Part shown: positions 29,495-37,513 of the stretch, one piece after another
Position numbering within the stretch: the stretch's first letter is position 1
Layout of the letters: each line of letters opens with the position of its first letter
NCBI GenBank assembly: GCA_036679605.1
Contig: JAZDCZ010000180.1
Span: 32,001 to 96,000, forward strand
Length of the DNA: 64,000 nt
Direction of reading: 5' to 3'
From: Gemmatimonadota bacterium
Lineage (GTDB): Bacteria; Gemmatimonadota; Gemmatimonadetes; Gemmatimonadales; GWC2-71-9
The notes under the pieces: model-generated
The model's input: only the letters and a program-made list of their open reading frames with translations
What the model was told of the DNA's origin: nothing
Databases searched by the model: none
Position numbers and translations under genes: made by a program

Positions 29495-30549
29495 TACGAC
29501 ACGTACTCTCTCGGCAGTCTATTTCCCAGCCCTGTCAGTATCTCGTACGAAATCGTACCTGCCCAGGATGCAAATTCGTCCAGGGTAATTGCACCCTGTC
29601 CCGAACCGCCGAACAGGGTAGCCACATCCCCAATCTTGATGTTTGCACTGTTGCCGACATCCACTATTACGAAGTCCATCATTACTCTCCCCACGATTGG
29701 GACCCGTACACTGTCCAGTACTACCTGTGCCTGCCCCTGCACCGACCGGCGTATGCCATCAGCGTAGCCTATGCCAAGGGTTGCCAGTGTCGTGTCTCGC
29801 GGCGCCGCCCACTCGGCGCCGTAACTGACCGTTGTTCCCTGAGACACTGCCCGGATGTTCACAACACGTGCGCGAACGGTTGCCACCGGCAGCGGTATGG
29901 GTAGATCCCGACCACAATTCCCTCCATACAGAAAGATGCCCGGCCGCACGATGTCGGTGCGCTGGTCCAGCCTCCACACCCCAGCGCTGTTAGCCGCATG
30001 CACCAGACTTGGTGGTCGCTCCAATCGTTCAAGCGCCTGCTCAAAGAGGGACCACTGAGCCTCAACGGACTCGGGCACGTCGTCTGCCGCATAAAAGTGG
30101 GTGAACACACCCTCCAGCATCGGCGACTGGATACGTGTCAAACGCTCATCATCGTATCTCATGCCGGTGCGGCACATGCCCGTGTCGATCTCCAGATGGA
30201 ACGGCAAGTTCCAATCCTCGATCAGTTCCGGGTCGTCCAGCACCGCCCGTAGGCCATGCCTGCGAAACAGATCCTGCATATTCGCTGTAGCTGGGGTCAA
30301 AACTAGAATGGGCCGGCGGATACCGGCCTCCCTAAGTGCCATTCCCTCCGCGGGTGTTGCTACCCCAAAGCCCCACGGATCCAAATCTTCGAGTGCCTGG
30401 GCGGCTGCCACCGCCCCGACACCATAGCCGTCCGCCTTGACCATCGGCAACAACGGACCACTCCGGGCAACCGCCCGCACCGTTTGCGCATTTGCTTTGA
30501 GATTGGCAAGGTTAACCTCAACCCAAGCTCGGGCATTACGCAACTGCAT
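29494..30549 (-). CDS. alr: alanine racemase
   Basis: MVKADGYG (PLP Lys), EIDTGM, HAANSA, RPGIFLYG, GYADG, GTISYEI; start ATG 30549 (GTG 30561 alternative). Confidence 0.95.
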   Translation of the reverse strand: MQLRNARAWVEVNLANLKANAQTVRAVARSGPLLPMVKADGYGVGAVAAAQALEDLDPWGFGVATPAEGMALREAGIRRPILVLTPATANMQDLFRRHGLRAVLDDPELIEDWNLPFHLEIDTGMCRTGMRYDDERLTRIQSPMLEGVFTHFYAADDVPESVEAQWSLFEQALERLERPPSLVHAANSAGVWRLDQRTDIVRPGIFLYGGNCGRDLPIPLPVATVRARVVNIRAVSQGTTVSYGAEWAAPRDTTLATLGIGYADGIRRSVQGQAQVVLDSVRVPIVGRVMMDFVIVDVGNSANIKIGDVATLFGGSGQGAITLDEFASWAGTISYEILTGLGNRLPREYVS

Positions 30550-30602
30550 TGACACGTTCACGGTCGGACGGGTATTGTACCGGCGCACGTACGCAAATGC
30601 AA
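30549..30602. promoter_or_regulatory. overlapping divergent sigma70-type promoters for mazG (+) and the alr operon (-)
   Basis: + strand TTGACA(30549-54)-18-TATTGT(30573-78); - strand TTGCAT(30602-597)-17-TACAAT(30579-74). Confidence 0.65.
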
Positions 30603-31358
30603 GAACCATCAGCGCTTGGACGCATAATCGAACTGGTCCGCGACCTGAGAAAGCGGTGTCCCTGGGATGCCGCCCAGACCGCGTTGACGCTGCGCCCATA
30701 CCTGATCGAAGAATCGCTCGAACTCGACCACGCTCTGGCCTCCGAAGACGTTGATAAAATAAGGGAGGAGCTTGGCGACCTCATGTTGCACTTGGCCTTT
30801 CAGATAGTTCTGGGAGAGGAATCCGGTGCATTTGGGAGCGAGGACGTCACTAGCGCCATTGAAGCCAAGATGTGGCGCAGACATCCTCACCTCTTTGAAC
30901 AGGGGAATCAGCCCACCTCCTGGGAGCGCACCAAGCTGACCGAGCGCGCCGGGCGAAGTGTGCTAGATGGACTCCCGACAACACTGCCCGCATTGATCAT
31001 GGCGATGCGGCTGCAGGAGCGAGCCGGAGGAGTGGGTTTCGATTGGCCTGATGCGACTGGGCCGAGACAAAAGGTGCACGAGGAATTGGCGGAGCTTGAG
31101 TCTGAGATTTCTGATGGCGCCGATCCTGACCGGGTGGAATCAGAGATCGGCGATTTGCTCTTCGCTGTGGTAAACCTCGCACGAAAGTTGGACTGCGATC
31201 CGCGGGCAGCTCTGGAGAAAGCAAATGCCAAGTTCTTGAGCCGGTTCCGCGCTGTAGAGGAACTCGCTTCCGAACGGGACATCGACATGGCTCACGCAGA
31301 GCTAGCTCAACTGGATAAGTTGTGGGACGAGGTTAAGGAGAAATTGGGCGACAGCTAG
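30597..31358 (+). CDS. mazG: nucleoside triphosphate pyrophosphohydrolase MazG
   Basis: CPWDAAQT, EELGDL, RRHPHLF, GFDW, KVHEELAE, EIGDLLFAVVN, ANAKF; start set to ATG 30597. Confidence 0.94.
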   Translation: MQEPSALGRIIELVRDLRKRCPWDAAQTALTLRPYLIEESLELDHALASEDVDKIREELGDLMLHLAFQIVLGEESGAFGSEDVTSAIEAKMWRRHPHLFEQGNQPTSWERTKLTERAGRSVLDGLPTTLPALIMAMRLQERAGGVGFDWPDATGPRQKVHEELAELESEISDGADPDRVESEIGDLLFAVVNLARKLDCDPRAALEKANAKFLSRFRAVEELASERDIDMAHAELAQLDKLWDEVKEKLGDS

Positions 31359-31417
31359 ACCACTAGCAGAATCATGAATATCCAATAACGAACAAGGAAT
31401 AATGAAGTGGTCGGCGG

Positions 31418-32236
31418 CTAACAGCTCGCCGCTAGAGATGCCAGGTATTCTTTCAAACTCAGATCGTGGGCTGCGGCGAGACTTCGTAGCGCGGCTACGC
31501 TCGCAGTTTCTCCCTTCTCAATACGGCGCAAGTTTCTTTCGGAGAGTCCGGCAATGTCTGTTTGTCTCAAACCGCTTTCCTTCCTGAATGAGGCAACGGT
31601 TCGACCAAACGATGTGTCGTGCGCTAGTCGTTCTGCGATCCGTCGGTCCCTAAACTCAGGGTCGGTTGCACTGCGAATAGCATCGATGTCGAGGTGCACA
31701 TCGGAGGCAGGCCAATGGACATAGCTACCATCGCCGGCGATCTCGAAAGCGTCTCGTTCGGCTACCGGGATGCGCCTAAGCGCCGGAAGCCGATCGAACG
31801 CAATCTCAAGCGTCTCTTGCTCACAGGACGTCAAGAACAATCGATCAGCGACAACCATGGCGCGTGCAATCAGTTTGTCTTCAGCGTTGTTGAGCCACGC
31901 ATTGAGAATCCGCCTTGGGACCTCGGCACTTGAGTGGGCAACGAGATGCCTAATTGCTCGCAGGTTTGCCCGTTCCAGCATCTGGGGTAGCCAATCCGGA
32001 TTCTCAGCTCTCACAAAGAGAGCCCGTAACTGGTGACGGCGGTTTACTCTGCTAACGAGATCTGACACCCGGGGCAGCTGCACGGCGGAGCAGAAGACAA
32101 ACAGATCCCTCACACGGTCTGGCCGCGGCCGATTGACAACACGAAGCATGTTCGACCTCGGTAGTGCCGTTCTTGGAACCCCCTTGCAAAGGAAGACATT
32201 CCACGTACGCTTTCTTCTTGAAGCTGTTACTGACAT
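31418..32236 (-). CDS. putative antitoxin: uncharacterised N-terminal domain + DUF2442 + XRE-type HTH
   Basis: FEIAGDGSYVHWPASDVHLD (DUF2442-like), RKESGLRQTDIAGLSERNLRRIEKG (XRE HTH); ATG 32236 with an upstream GGAG; overlaps the DUF4160 gene. Confidence 0.75.
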   Translation of the reverse strand: MSVTASRRKRTWNVFLCKGVPRTALPRSNMLRVVNRPRPDRVRDLFVFCSAVQLPRVSDLVSRVNRRHQLRALFVRAENPDWLPQMLERANLRAIRHLVAHSSAEVPRRILNAWLNNAEDKLIARAMVVADRLFLTSCEQETLEIAFDRLPALRRIPVAERDAFEIAGDGSYVHWPASDVHLDIDAIRSATDPEFRDRRIAERLAHDTSFGRTVASFRKESGLRQTDIAGLSERNLRRIEKGETASVAALRSLAAAHDLSLKEYLASLAASC

Positions 32237-32490
32237 ACCTTGCACTCCCATTCTTCCAGCAGCCGATCGCGATACTCCTCCACGCGAGCAAGTAACTCCC
32301 GTCTGTAAGTCCGCCCCGGCCCACGTCCCCACTTGATCTCGAAGCGCAAGTCCCGAATGGTACAGGTCAGGAAGAACACACGTATCTCCCACTCACCGGG
32401 TCGGCGTGCGTGAAAGTGAGGCGGTCTGTGGTCATCGGAGTTGAACCACAGATCAAGCCCACCTACCACGAAAGCGTCAACCTGTCCCAT
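32227..32490 (-). CDS. DUF4160 family protein (putative toxin)
   Basis: DDHRPPHFHA motif and C-terminal LLEEW, 87 aa, upstream of a DUF2442 gene. Confidence 0.8.
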   Translation of the reverse strand: MGQVDAFVVGGLDLWFNSDDHRPPHFHARRPGEWEIRVFFLTCTIRDLRFEIKWGRGPGRTYRRELLARVEEYRDRLLEEWECKVCQ

Positions 32491-32499
32491 CGAGGCAAC

Positions 32500-32581
32500 T
32501 CATCTTGGTATCAGATGACCCTAAGAAGCTACCGAGCAACCGGCCATATGTCAATCGCATTTGATACAATATTTGGCCGGT
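32500..32581 (-). promoter_or_regulatory. sigma70-type promoter and two inverted repeats (candidate operators) of the DUF4160/DUF2442 operon
   Basis: - strand TTGACA(32554-49)-17-TAGCTT(32531-26); TCATCT-N7-AGATGA (32500-18); ACCGGCCA..TGGCCGGT (32539-81). Confidence 0.65.
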
Positions 32582-32786
32582 CACGCTCCCCGGAAGCCGA
32601 TATCGTTCTGCATTCCTTGCTAAGTATTCGATATTCGACTCGATCGCATAACCGTTCGAACGCAAGGGATGCCCGAAAACCGCGGGCTGTTCTCGATGAC
32701 AGTCAGCACTCCCAAAAAAGCACGGAGCGAGCCTCGATCAGATAGTTGCCAGGTTGTTGATAGAAAAACGGACCGGTACGACAGAC

Positions 32787-34085
32787 CTAAGGATACAGTC
32801 GAGCCATCATTCGGGGGAAAGCAATGGCCTCACGGATATGCGGGACGCCGCAGATCCATGCAACGGTACGCTCGACCCCCAGCCCAAACCCCGAGTGCTG
32901 AAACGTTCCGTATTTTCTGAGGTCGAGATACCAACCGTACGCCTCTTCGGGAAGCCCTTCCTCTCTGATGCGGTTCAGCAATCGGTCATGATCGTCCTCA
33001 CGCTGGCTGCCACCAATGATTTCCCCACATCCCTCCGGGGCCAGACAATCGTTGCATAGCACGGTCCGGGGGTCCTCAGGGTTCTCCTTCATGTAGAAAG
33101 CCTTCACACGGCGGGGATAGTTATAGACGAACACAGGCCTGTCGAATAAAGCCGCCAGTTTGGTCTCATGGTCGGCCCCAAGGTCACTTCCCCACTCGAT
33201 ATCAGCTCCCATTTCTCGCAGCTTGTCCACTGCCTCGGTATACGAGATGCGGTGGAAGGGTGGAGTGATGTTGGCAAGCGGCAAGGTGTCACGCTCCAGT
33301 ATTTTCAGCTCTTCAGCTCGGCGCTCGAGACAACGCTCCACGATGTAGGAAACGAATTCCTCCTGTAACTTCATGGAGTCTTCGGAATCGTACCACGCCA
33401 TTTCTGGCTCGACCATCCAGAACTCTGCAAGATGACGTCGCGTCTTCGATTTCTCCGCCCTAAACGTGGGTCCGAAGCAGTACACTTTGCCGAGTGCCGC
33501 AGCGGCGGCCTCGAGATACAGTTGTCCGGTCTGCGCCAGGTAGGCCTTCCCCAAATCGAAATAGTCCGTCTCGAAGAGATTGCCTGTAGACTCACCGATC
33601 GAGCCCGTCAACAGTGGGGTGTCTACCAAGACAAAATCGCGTTCGTAAAAGAAATCCCGGATCGCCTGGATTGCCTCGTGACGTACCCACATGATCGCGC
33701 TCTGTTTCTTGGAGCGAAGCCAGAGGTGACGTCGTTCGAACAAGAATGAGGTGCCGTGTTCCTTTTTGGTGATGGGAAAGTCGACACTCTCACCCAAGAT
33801 CTCCAGCGAGGTGACGCCGAGTTCGACACCTCCGGGTGACCTCTTGTCCTCTCGGACCTCCCCTACCACCTCGACCGAAGATTCTTGAGTCAAGTGCTTG
33901 GAGGCGGCCCACACGCCTTCGGCCACGTCGTTCTTGACGACCACGCATTGGAGATAGCCGGTGCCATCGCGTAGCACCGCAAACGCGATCTTACCGCTCG
34001 AACGAACCGTTGTCACCCAGCCGAACAGTTTGACGGTCTCACCAACGTGAGCCGGGAGATCTTTGATCAAGAGATTGTCTCGCAT
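32787..34085 (-). CDS. asnS: asparagine--tRNA ligase
   Basis: OB domain (LRDGTGYLQ), RHLWLRS, YLAQTGQLY, FGPTFRAEKSKTRRHLAEFWMVEPE, EIIGGSQRE, HSGFGLGVER. Confidence 0.96.
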   Translation of the reverse strand: MRDNLLIKDLPAHVGETVKLFGWVTTVRSSGKIAFAVLRDGTGYLQCVVVKNDVAEGVWAASKHLTQESSVEVVGEVREDKRSPGGVELGVTSLEILGESVDFPITKKEHGTSFLFERRHLWLRSKKQSAIMWVRHEAIQAIRDFFYERDFVLVDTPLLTGSIGESTGNLFETDYFDLGKAYLAQTGQLYLEAAAAALGKVYCFGPTFRAEKSKTRRHLAEFWMVEPEMAWYDSEDSMKLQEEFVSYIVERCLERRAEELKILERDTLPLANITPPFHRISYTEAVDKLREMGADIEWGSDLGADHETKLAALFDRPVFVYNYPRRVKAFYMKENPEDPRTVLCNDCLAPEGCGEIIGGSQREDDHDRLLNRIREEGLPEEAYGWYLDLRKYGTFQHSGFGLGVERTVAWICGVPHIREAIAFPRMMARLYP

Positions 34086-34093
34086 TGAGCGGT

Positions 34094-34122
34094 ATCGTAG
34101 CGAGGGCTGTGCGCCCTGTCAA
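34094..34122 (-). promoter_or_regulatory. sigma70-type promoter of asnS (probably leaderless)
   Basis: TTGACA(34122-17)-17-TACGAT(34099-94), 8 nt before the ATG, no SD. Confidence 0.7.
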
Positions 34123-34136
34123 ACGCTCTCGTAGAC

Positions 34137-34165
34137 TTGCGCGCCCGAGCACGCGTTCCTACGAT
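34137..34165 (+). promoter_or_regulatory. sigma70-type promoter of phhB
   Basis: TTGCGC(34137-42)-17-TACGAT(34160-65); SD AAGGAAG before ATG 34201. Confidence 0.55.
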
Positions 34166-34200
34166 ATCTGGAGGCCCTGCTTTAGTTGAAAGGAAGTCGT

Positions 34201-34545
34201 ATGTCCAGCGATCTCGCAAACAAACAGTGTGTACCCTGTCGTGGTGGCGTTCCCCGCCTCGGGGCAGCGGAGGTGGCCGAGCTTTCTCTCCAGTTGGGGG
34301 GAGATTGGAGGGCGCTCTATGGACATCATTTGGAAAAGGAATATCAGTTTAAGGATTTTGCGTCGGCACTCGCGTTTACGAACCGAGTGGGCGCACTGGC
34401 CGAAGAGCAGGGACACCATCCCGATATCTACTTGGCCTGGGGCAAAGTCGGACTCAAGATCTGGACGCACAAAATCGACGGCCTAACAGAAAGCGACTTT
34501 ATCTTTGCTGCAAAAGCTGACTCGGTACTTGATCGGGACAACTAG
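34201..34545 (+). CDS. phhB: pterin-4-alpha-carbinolamine dehydratase
   Basis: CVPCRGG, FKDF, AEEQGHHPDI, WTHKIDGLTESDFIFAAK. Confidence 0.93.
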   Translation: MSSDLANKQCVPCRGGVPRLGAAEVAELSLQLGGDWRALYGHHLEKEYQFKDFASALAFTNRVGALAEEQGHHPDIYLAWGKVGLKIWTHKIDGLTESDFIFAAKADSVLDRDN

Positions 34546-36617
34546 CCCACTCTGAAGAGTTCCATGCCTCTTTCGTAGCGTCGCTCGATGCGCTGTCTGA
34601 GGGCCAACCGGGATTTCCCCGATAGATCGGGGTCGGTCGCAATCATCTCCCGTGCCGCGCTTCGTGCCACGTCGATCAAGTCGGAATCGCTGGAAAGGTC
34701 GGCAAACCTCAAATCGATTCCGCCCGACTGACGAGCACCAGCCAATTCTCCAATACCACGCTCCTTGAGATCCAACTCGGCGATGCGGAATCCATCGGTT
34801 GTACGCGCGAAGCGCTTGATCCGATCGGCCGCCACAAAATTGTCTGCCAGGAGAATGCAATGACCCTCCGCTTCTCCTCGACCGACTCTACCGCGCAACT
34901 GGTGGAGCTGGGCGAGGCCGAACCGCTCCGGATGCTCTATGACCATCACCGTCGCGTTAGGTACATCTATCCCGACCTCGATCACGGTGGTAGCCACTAA
35001 TACACTGATTTCACCGTCCCTGAACCCACGCATCACCCCATCTCGTTCTTCCGACTTCATTTTCCCATGCACCAACCCGACCGAAAATGGAGCCAAGCGT
35101 TTCCTCAGCTCCTCGGCCATCGTAGTGGCAGCCTTGAGATCCACTCGTTCGGACTCCTCGATGATCGGATAGACGACGTACGCCTGCCGCTCTTCACCGC
35201 ATTGCTGCTTGATAAACTCGTAAACCGCCGCTCTGGACTTGCCGGAACGGACTCCTGTCTTAACATGGGCAGGACCAAGCGGCTTTTGCTTTAGCGTAGA
35301 AATATCCAGGTCACCGTAGAGGGTGAGTGCGAGCGTACGGGGAATCGGTGTGGCTGACAGCAGTAGAACGTCGGGCGCCTCCCCCTTTTCGATCAAAGCA
35401 GCCCTCTGCTCCACTCCAAATCGGTGCTGTTCGTCTATGACGATCAGACCCAGTCTGTCGAAACCTGTCCGAACCTGAATCAGAGCATGGGTGCCCACAA
35501 CTATCATGCTCTCGCCGACTGCAATTCGCTTGCGAACCATGTCCTTTTCCCGGGCTGTCAGCCTACCGACCAACAACTCCGGAACGATTCCGAGTGGTGC
35601 CAAGAGTTCGCCTATCGTTCGCGCATGCTGTTCGGCCAGAAGTTCCGTGGGCGCCATGAATACTGCCTGATGATCGTTCTCTACAGCCAACAACATTCCG
35701 AAGAGGGCAACTACCGTCTTCCCGGTTCCGACATCGCCCATGAGAAGTCGGTGCATCCTCTCGGCGGCGCTCATATCCGAAGTGATTTCCCTGATCGCCT
35801 TCTTCTGCCCCGACGTCAACTCATATGGCAGGGAATCTTTGAGCGCAGTAGTGAGTTCTCGCTTGACCTCAAACCGCGTCCCTCTCTTGGCACTCTTCGC
35901 CAGATACCTGGCACGTGCAATCACCAACTGAAGATCGAACAGTTCGTCCAGCGCGAGCCGGCGGCGACCATCCTCGGCCATGGCAAGAGATTCGGGATGG
36001 TGAATGGCTAGAAACGCCTTATCTAACGACTTGACGTTCGCTGACCGCCGCAACTCCGGAGGCAGCGTGTCATCCACGCAAGCAACAATAGCGTTTAGGT
36101 GAGAGGCAATCAGACTGCGTACCAACCGGTGGCTCAATCCCTCGGTCGCCGGATAAACCGGAAGAATCAATCCCTTACCCAGATCGTCACCGGAATCCGG
36201 ATCGTCCGGCTCCGCCAACACGATCTGTTCCCGAGGAGTTATCTGTCTTCCGTGGTAGTACTTGACCGGCCCTGTAACCAGCAAGAGCTGGCCGGGCTTG
36301 ATCGTGCGATCTAGAAACGACTGGCCGGGCCAAGCGCACTCGATCATACCAGACGAATCTCTTATGACGGCTCGAAAGATCCTTAGTCTCTTACGAGTTG
36401 GAACGACCCCCTTCGACACGACCCTACCCACGAGAGTCACCTCGCTACCCACTACAGCCTTTGCAATAGGGGTTATGGCCGTGGCGTCCAGATACCGATG
36501 GGGTGCGTGATATAGCAGATCCTCAACCGTCACAACACCAATCCGAGCAAACGCCTCGGCACGACGCGGCCCCACGCCTTTCAAAAATTGAACCGGGGTG
36601 TCTAGCCGCAGCACCAT
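34542..36617 (-). CDS. recG: ATP-dependent DNA helicase RecG
   Basis: LKGVGP, GDVGTGKT, MAPTELLAEQH, DEQHRFGV, SATPIPRTL, QLHQLRGRVGRG. Confidence 0.97.
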   Translation of the reverse strand: MVLRLDTPVQFLKGVGPRRAEAFARIGVVTVEDLLYHAPHRYLDATAITPIAKAVVGSEVTLVGRVVSKGVVPTRKRLRIFRAVIRDSSGMIECAWPGQSFLDRTIKPGQLLLVTGPVKYYHGRQITPREQIVLAEPDDPDSGDDLGKGLILPVYPATEGLSHRLVRSLIASHLNAIVACVDDTLPPELRRSANVKSLDKAFLAIHHPESLAMAEDGRRRLALDELFDLQLVIARARYLAKSAKRGTRFEVKRELTTALKDSLPYELTSGQKKAIREITSDMSAAERMHRLLMGDVGTGKTVVALFGMLLAVENDHQAVFMAPTELLAEQHARTIGELLAPLGIVPELLVGRLTAREKDMVRKRIAVGESMIVVGTHALIQVRTGFDRLGLIVIDEQHRFGVEQRAALIEKGEAPDVLLLSATPIPRTLALTLYGDLDISTLKQKPLGPAHVKTGVRSGKSRAAVYEFIKQQCGEERQAYVVYPIIEESERVDLKAATTMAEELRKRLAPFSVGLVHGKMKSEERDGVMRGFRDGEISVLVATTVIEVGIDVPNATVMVIEHPERFGLAQLHQLRGRVGRGEAEGHCILLADNFVAADRIKRFARTTDGFRIAELDLKERGIGELAGARQSGGIDLRFADLSSDSDLIDVARSAAREMIATDPDLSGKSRLALRQRIERRYERGMELFRVG

Positions 36618-37513
36618 CAGTCAGACAGCAGTTGCTCGGCAAACTTGCCGGGCTCGAAAACCTCCAAGTCCTCGAGCTTCTCCCCGACCCCTACGAATCG
36701 AATGGGAATGCCGAGATCTCTTTGCAACACAACCACTGCACCGCCCTTCGCCGTACCATCCAGCTTAGTTATGACCAGGCCCGTTACGTTCACGGCCTCG
36801 GTGAAGACGCGTCCTTGTTGCAGGGCGTTCTGTCCTACGGTTCCATCCAGCACGAGCAAGCTCTCGTGCGGAGCGCCGTCACACCGACGTGCTACCACTC
36901 GCTCTATCTTTCTTAGCTCCTCCACCAAGTCCCGATGCGTGTGCAGCCGGCCGGCCGTATCGATCAAGACCACGTCGATCCCGCGGGCTGTCGCTGCCTC
37001 GACAGCATCGTAGGCCACGGCGGCCGGATCGCCACCTGAGGCCCCGGTGACGCACGTGATATTGAGCCGAGATGCCCACACATTCAACTGCTCCTGTGCC
37101 CCCGCACGAAACGTATCGGCAGCGGCCAACAAGATACTCTTGCCCTCGCCAAGAAGCCGATGGGCAAGCTTTGCGATCTGGGTGGTCTTGCCGACACCAT
37201 TCACGCCGAGCACGAGGATTACCCCTGGACCGCTACCGTCCCCCAGATCGAGAGCACCGGGAACCGCTTCCGGAGTCACGTACTCGACGATTCTATCTCG
37301 CAGCCACTTCCGGACGTCGGCCGGCGTCTTGAGATCTCCGCGGCGCAACTTCTCAGAGAGGTCATCTGCCATTTCAAAGGCGATGGCCCCGAAGTCCGCC
37401 TCAGCGAGGATTCGTTCCACGTCATCCAAAGAGTCTCGATCTATTCCCTTTACCAAGACTCCCACGTCTGTGAGCGCGACACGCCTGATCTTTTGCCACA
37501 GTCCGCCCTTCAC
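36617..37513 (-). CDS. ftsY: signal recognition particle receptor FtsY
   Basis: GVNGVGKTT, AADTFRA, DTAGR, GQNA, TKLDGTAKGG, GVGE; start GTG 37513. Confidence 0.96.
   Translation of the reverse strand: MKGGLWQKIRRVALTDVGVLVKGIDRDSLDDVERILAEADFGAIAFEMADDLSEKLRRGDLKTPADVRKWLRDRIVEYVTPEAVPGALDLGDGSGPGVILVLGVNGVGKTTQIAKLAHRLLGEGKSILLAAADTFRAGAQEQLNVWASRLNITCVTGASGGDPAAVAYDAVEAATARGIDVVLIDTAGRLHTHRDLVEELRKIERVVARRCDGAPHESLLVLDGTVGQNALQQGRVFTEAVNVTGLVITKLDGTAKGGAVVVLQRDLGIPIRFVGVGEKLEDLEVFEPGKFAEQLLSD

Noticed and set aside
32646..32760. GCATAAC resembling an integron attC inverse core next to the TA pair
   Set aside because: No complementary GTTATGC-like core or L boxes downstream, and no integrase in the window.
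34542..34545. Convergent phhB and recG stops sharing a CTAG palindrome
   Set aside because: A common geometry for convergent genes; no evidence of function.
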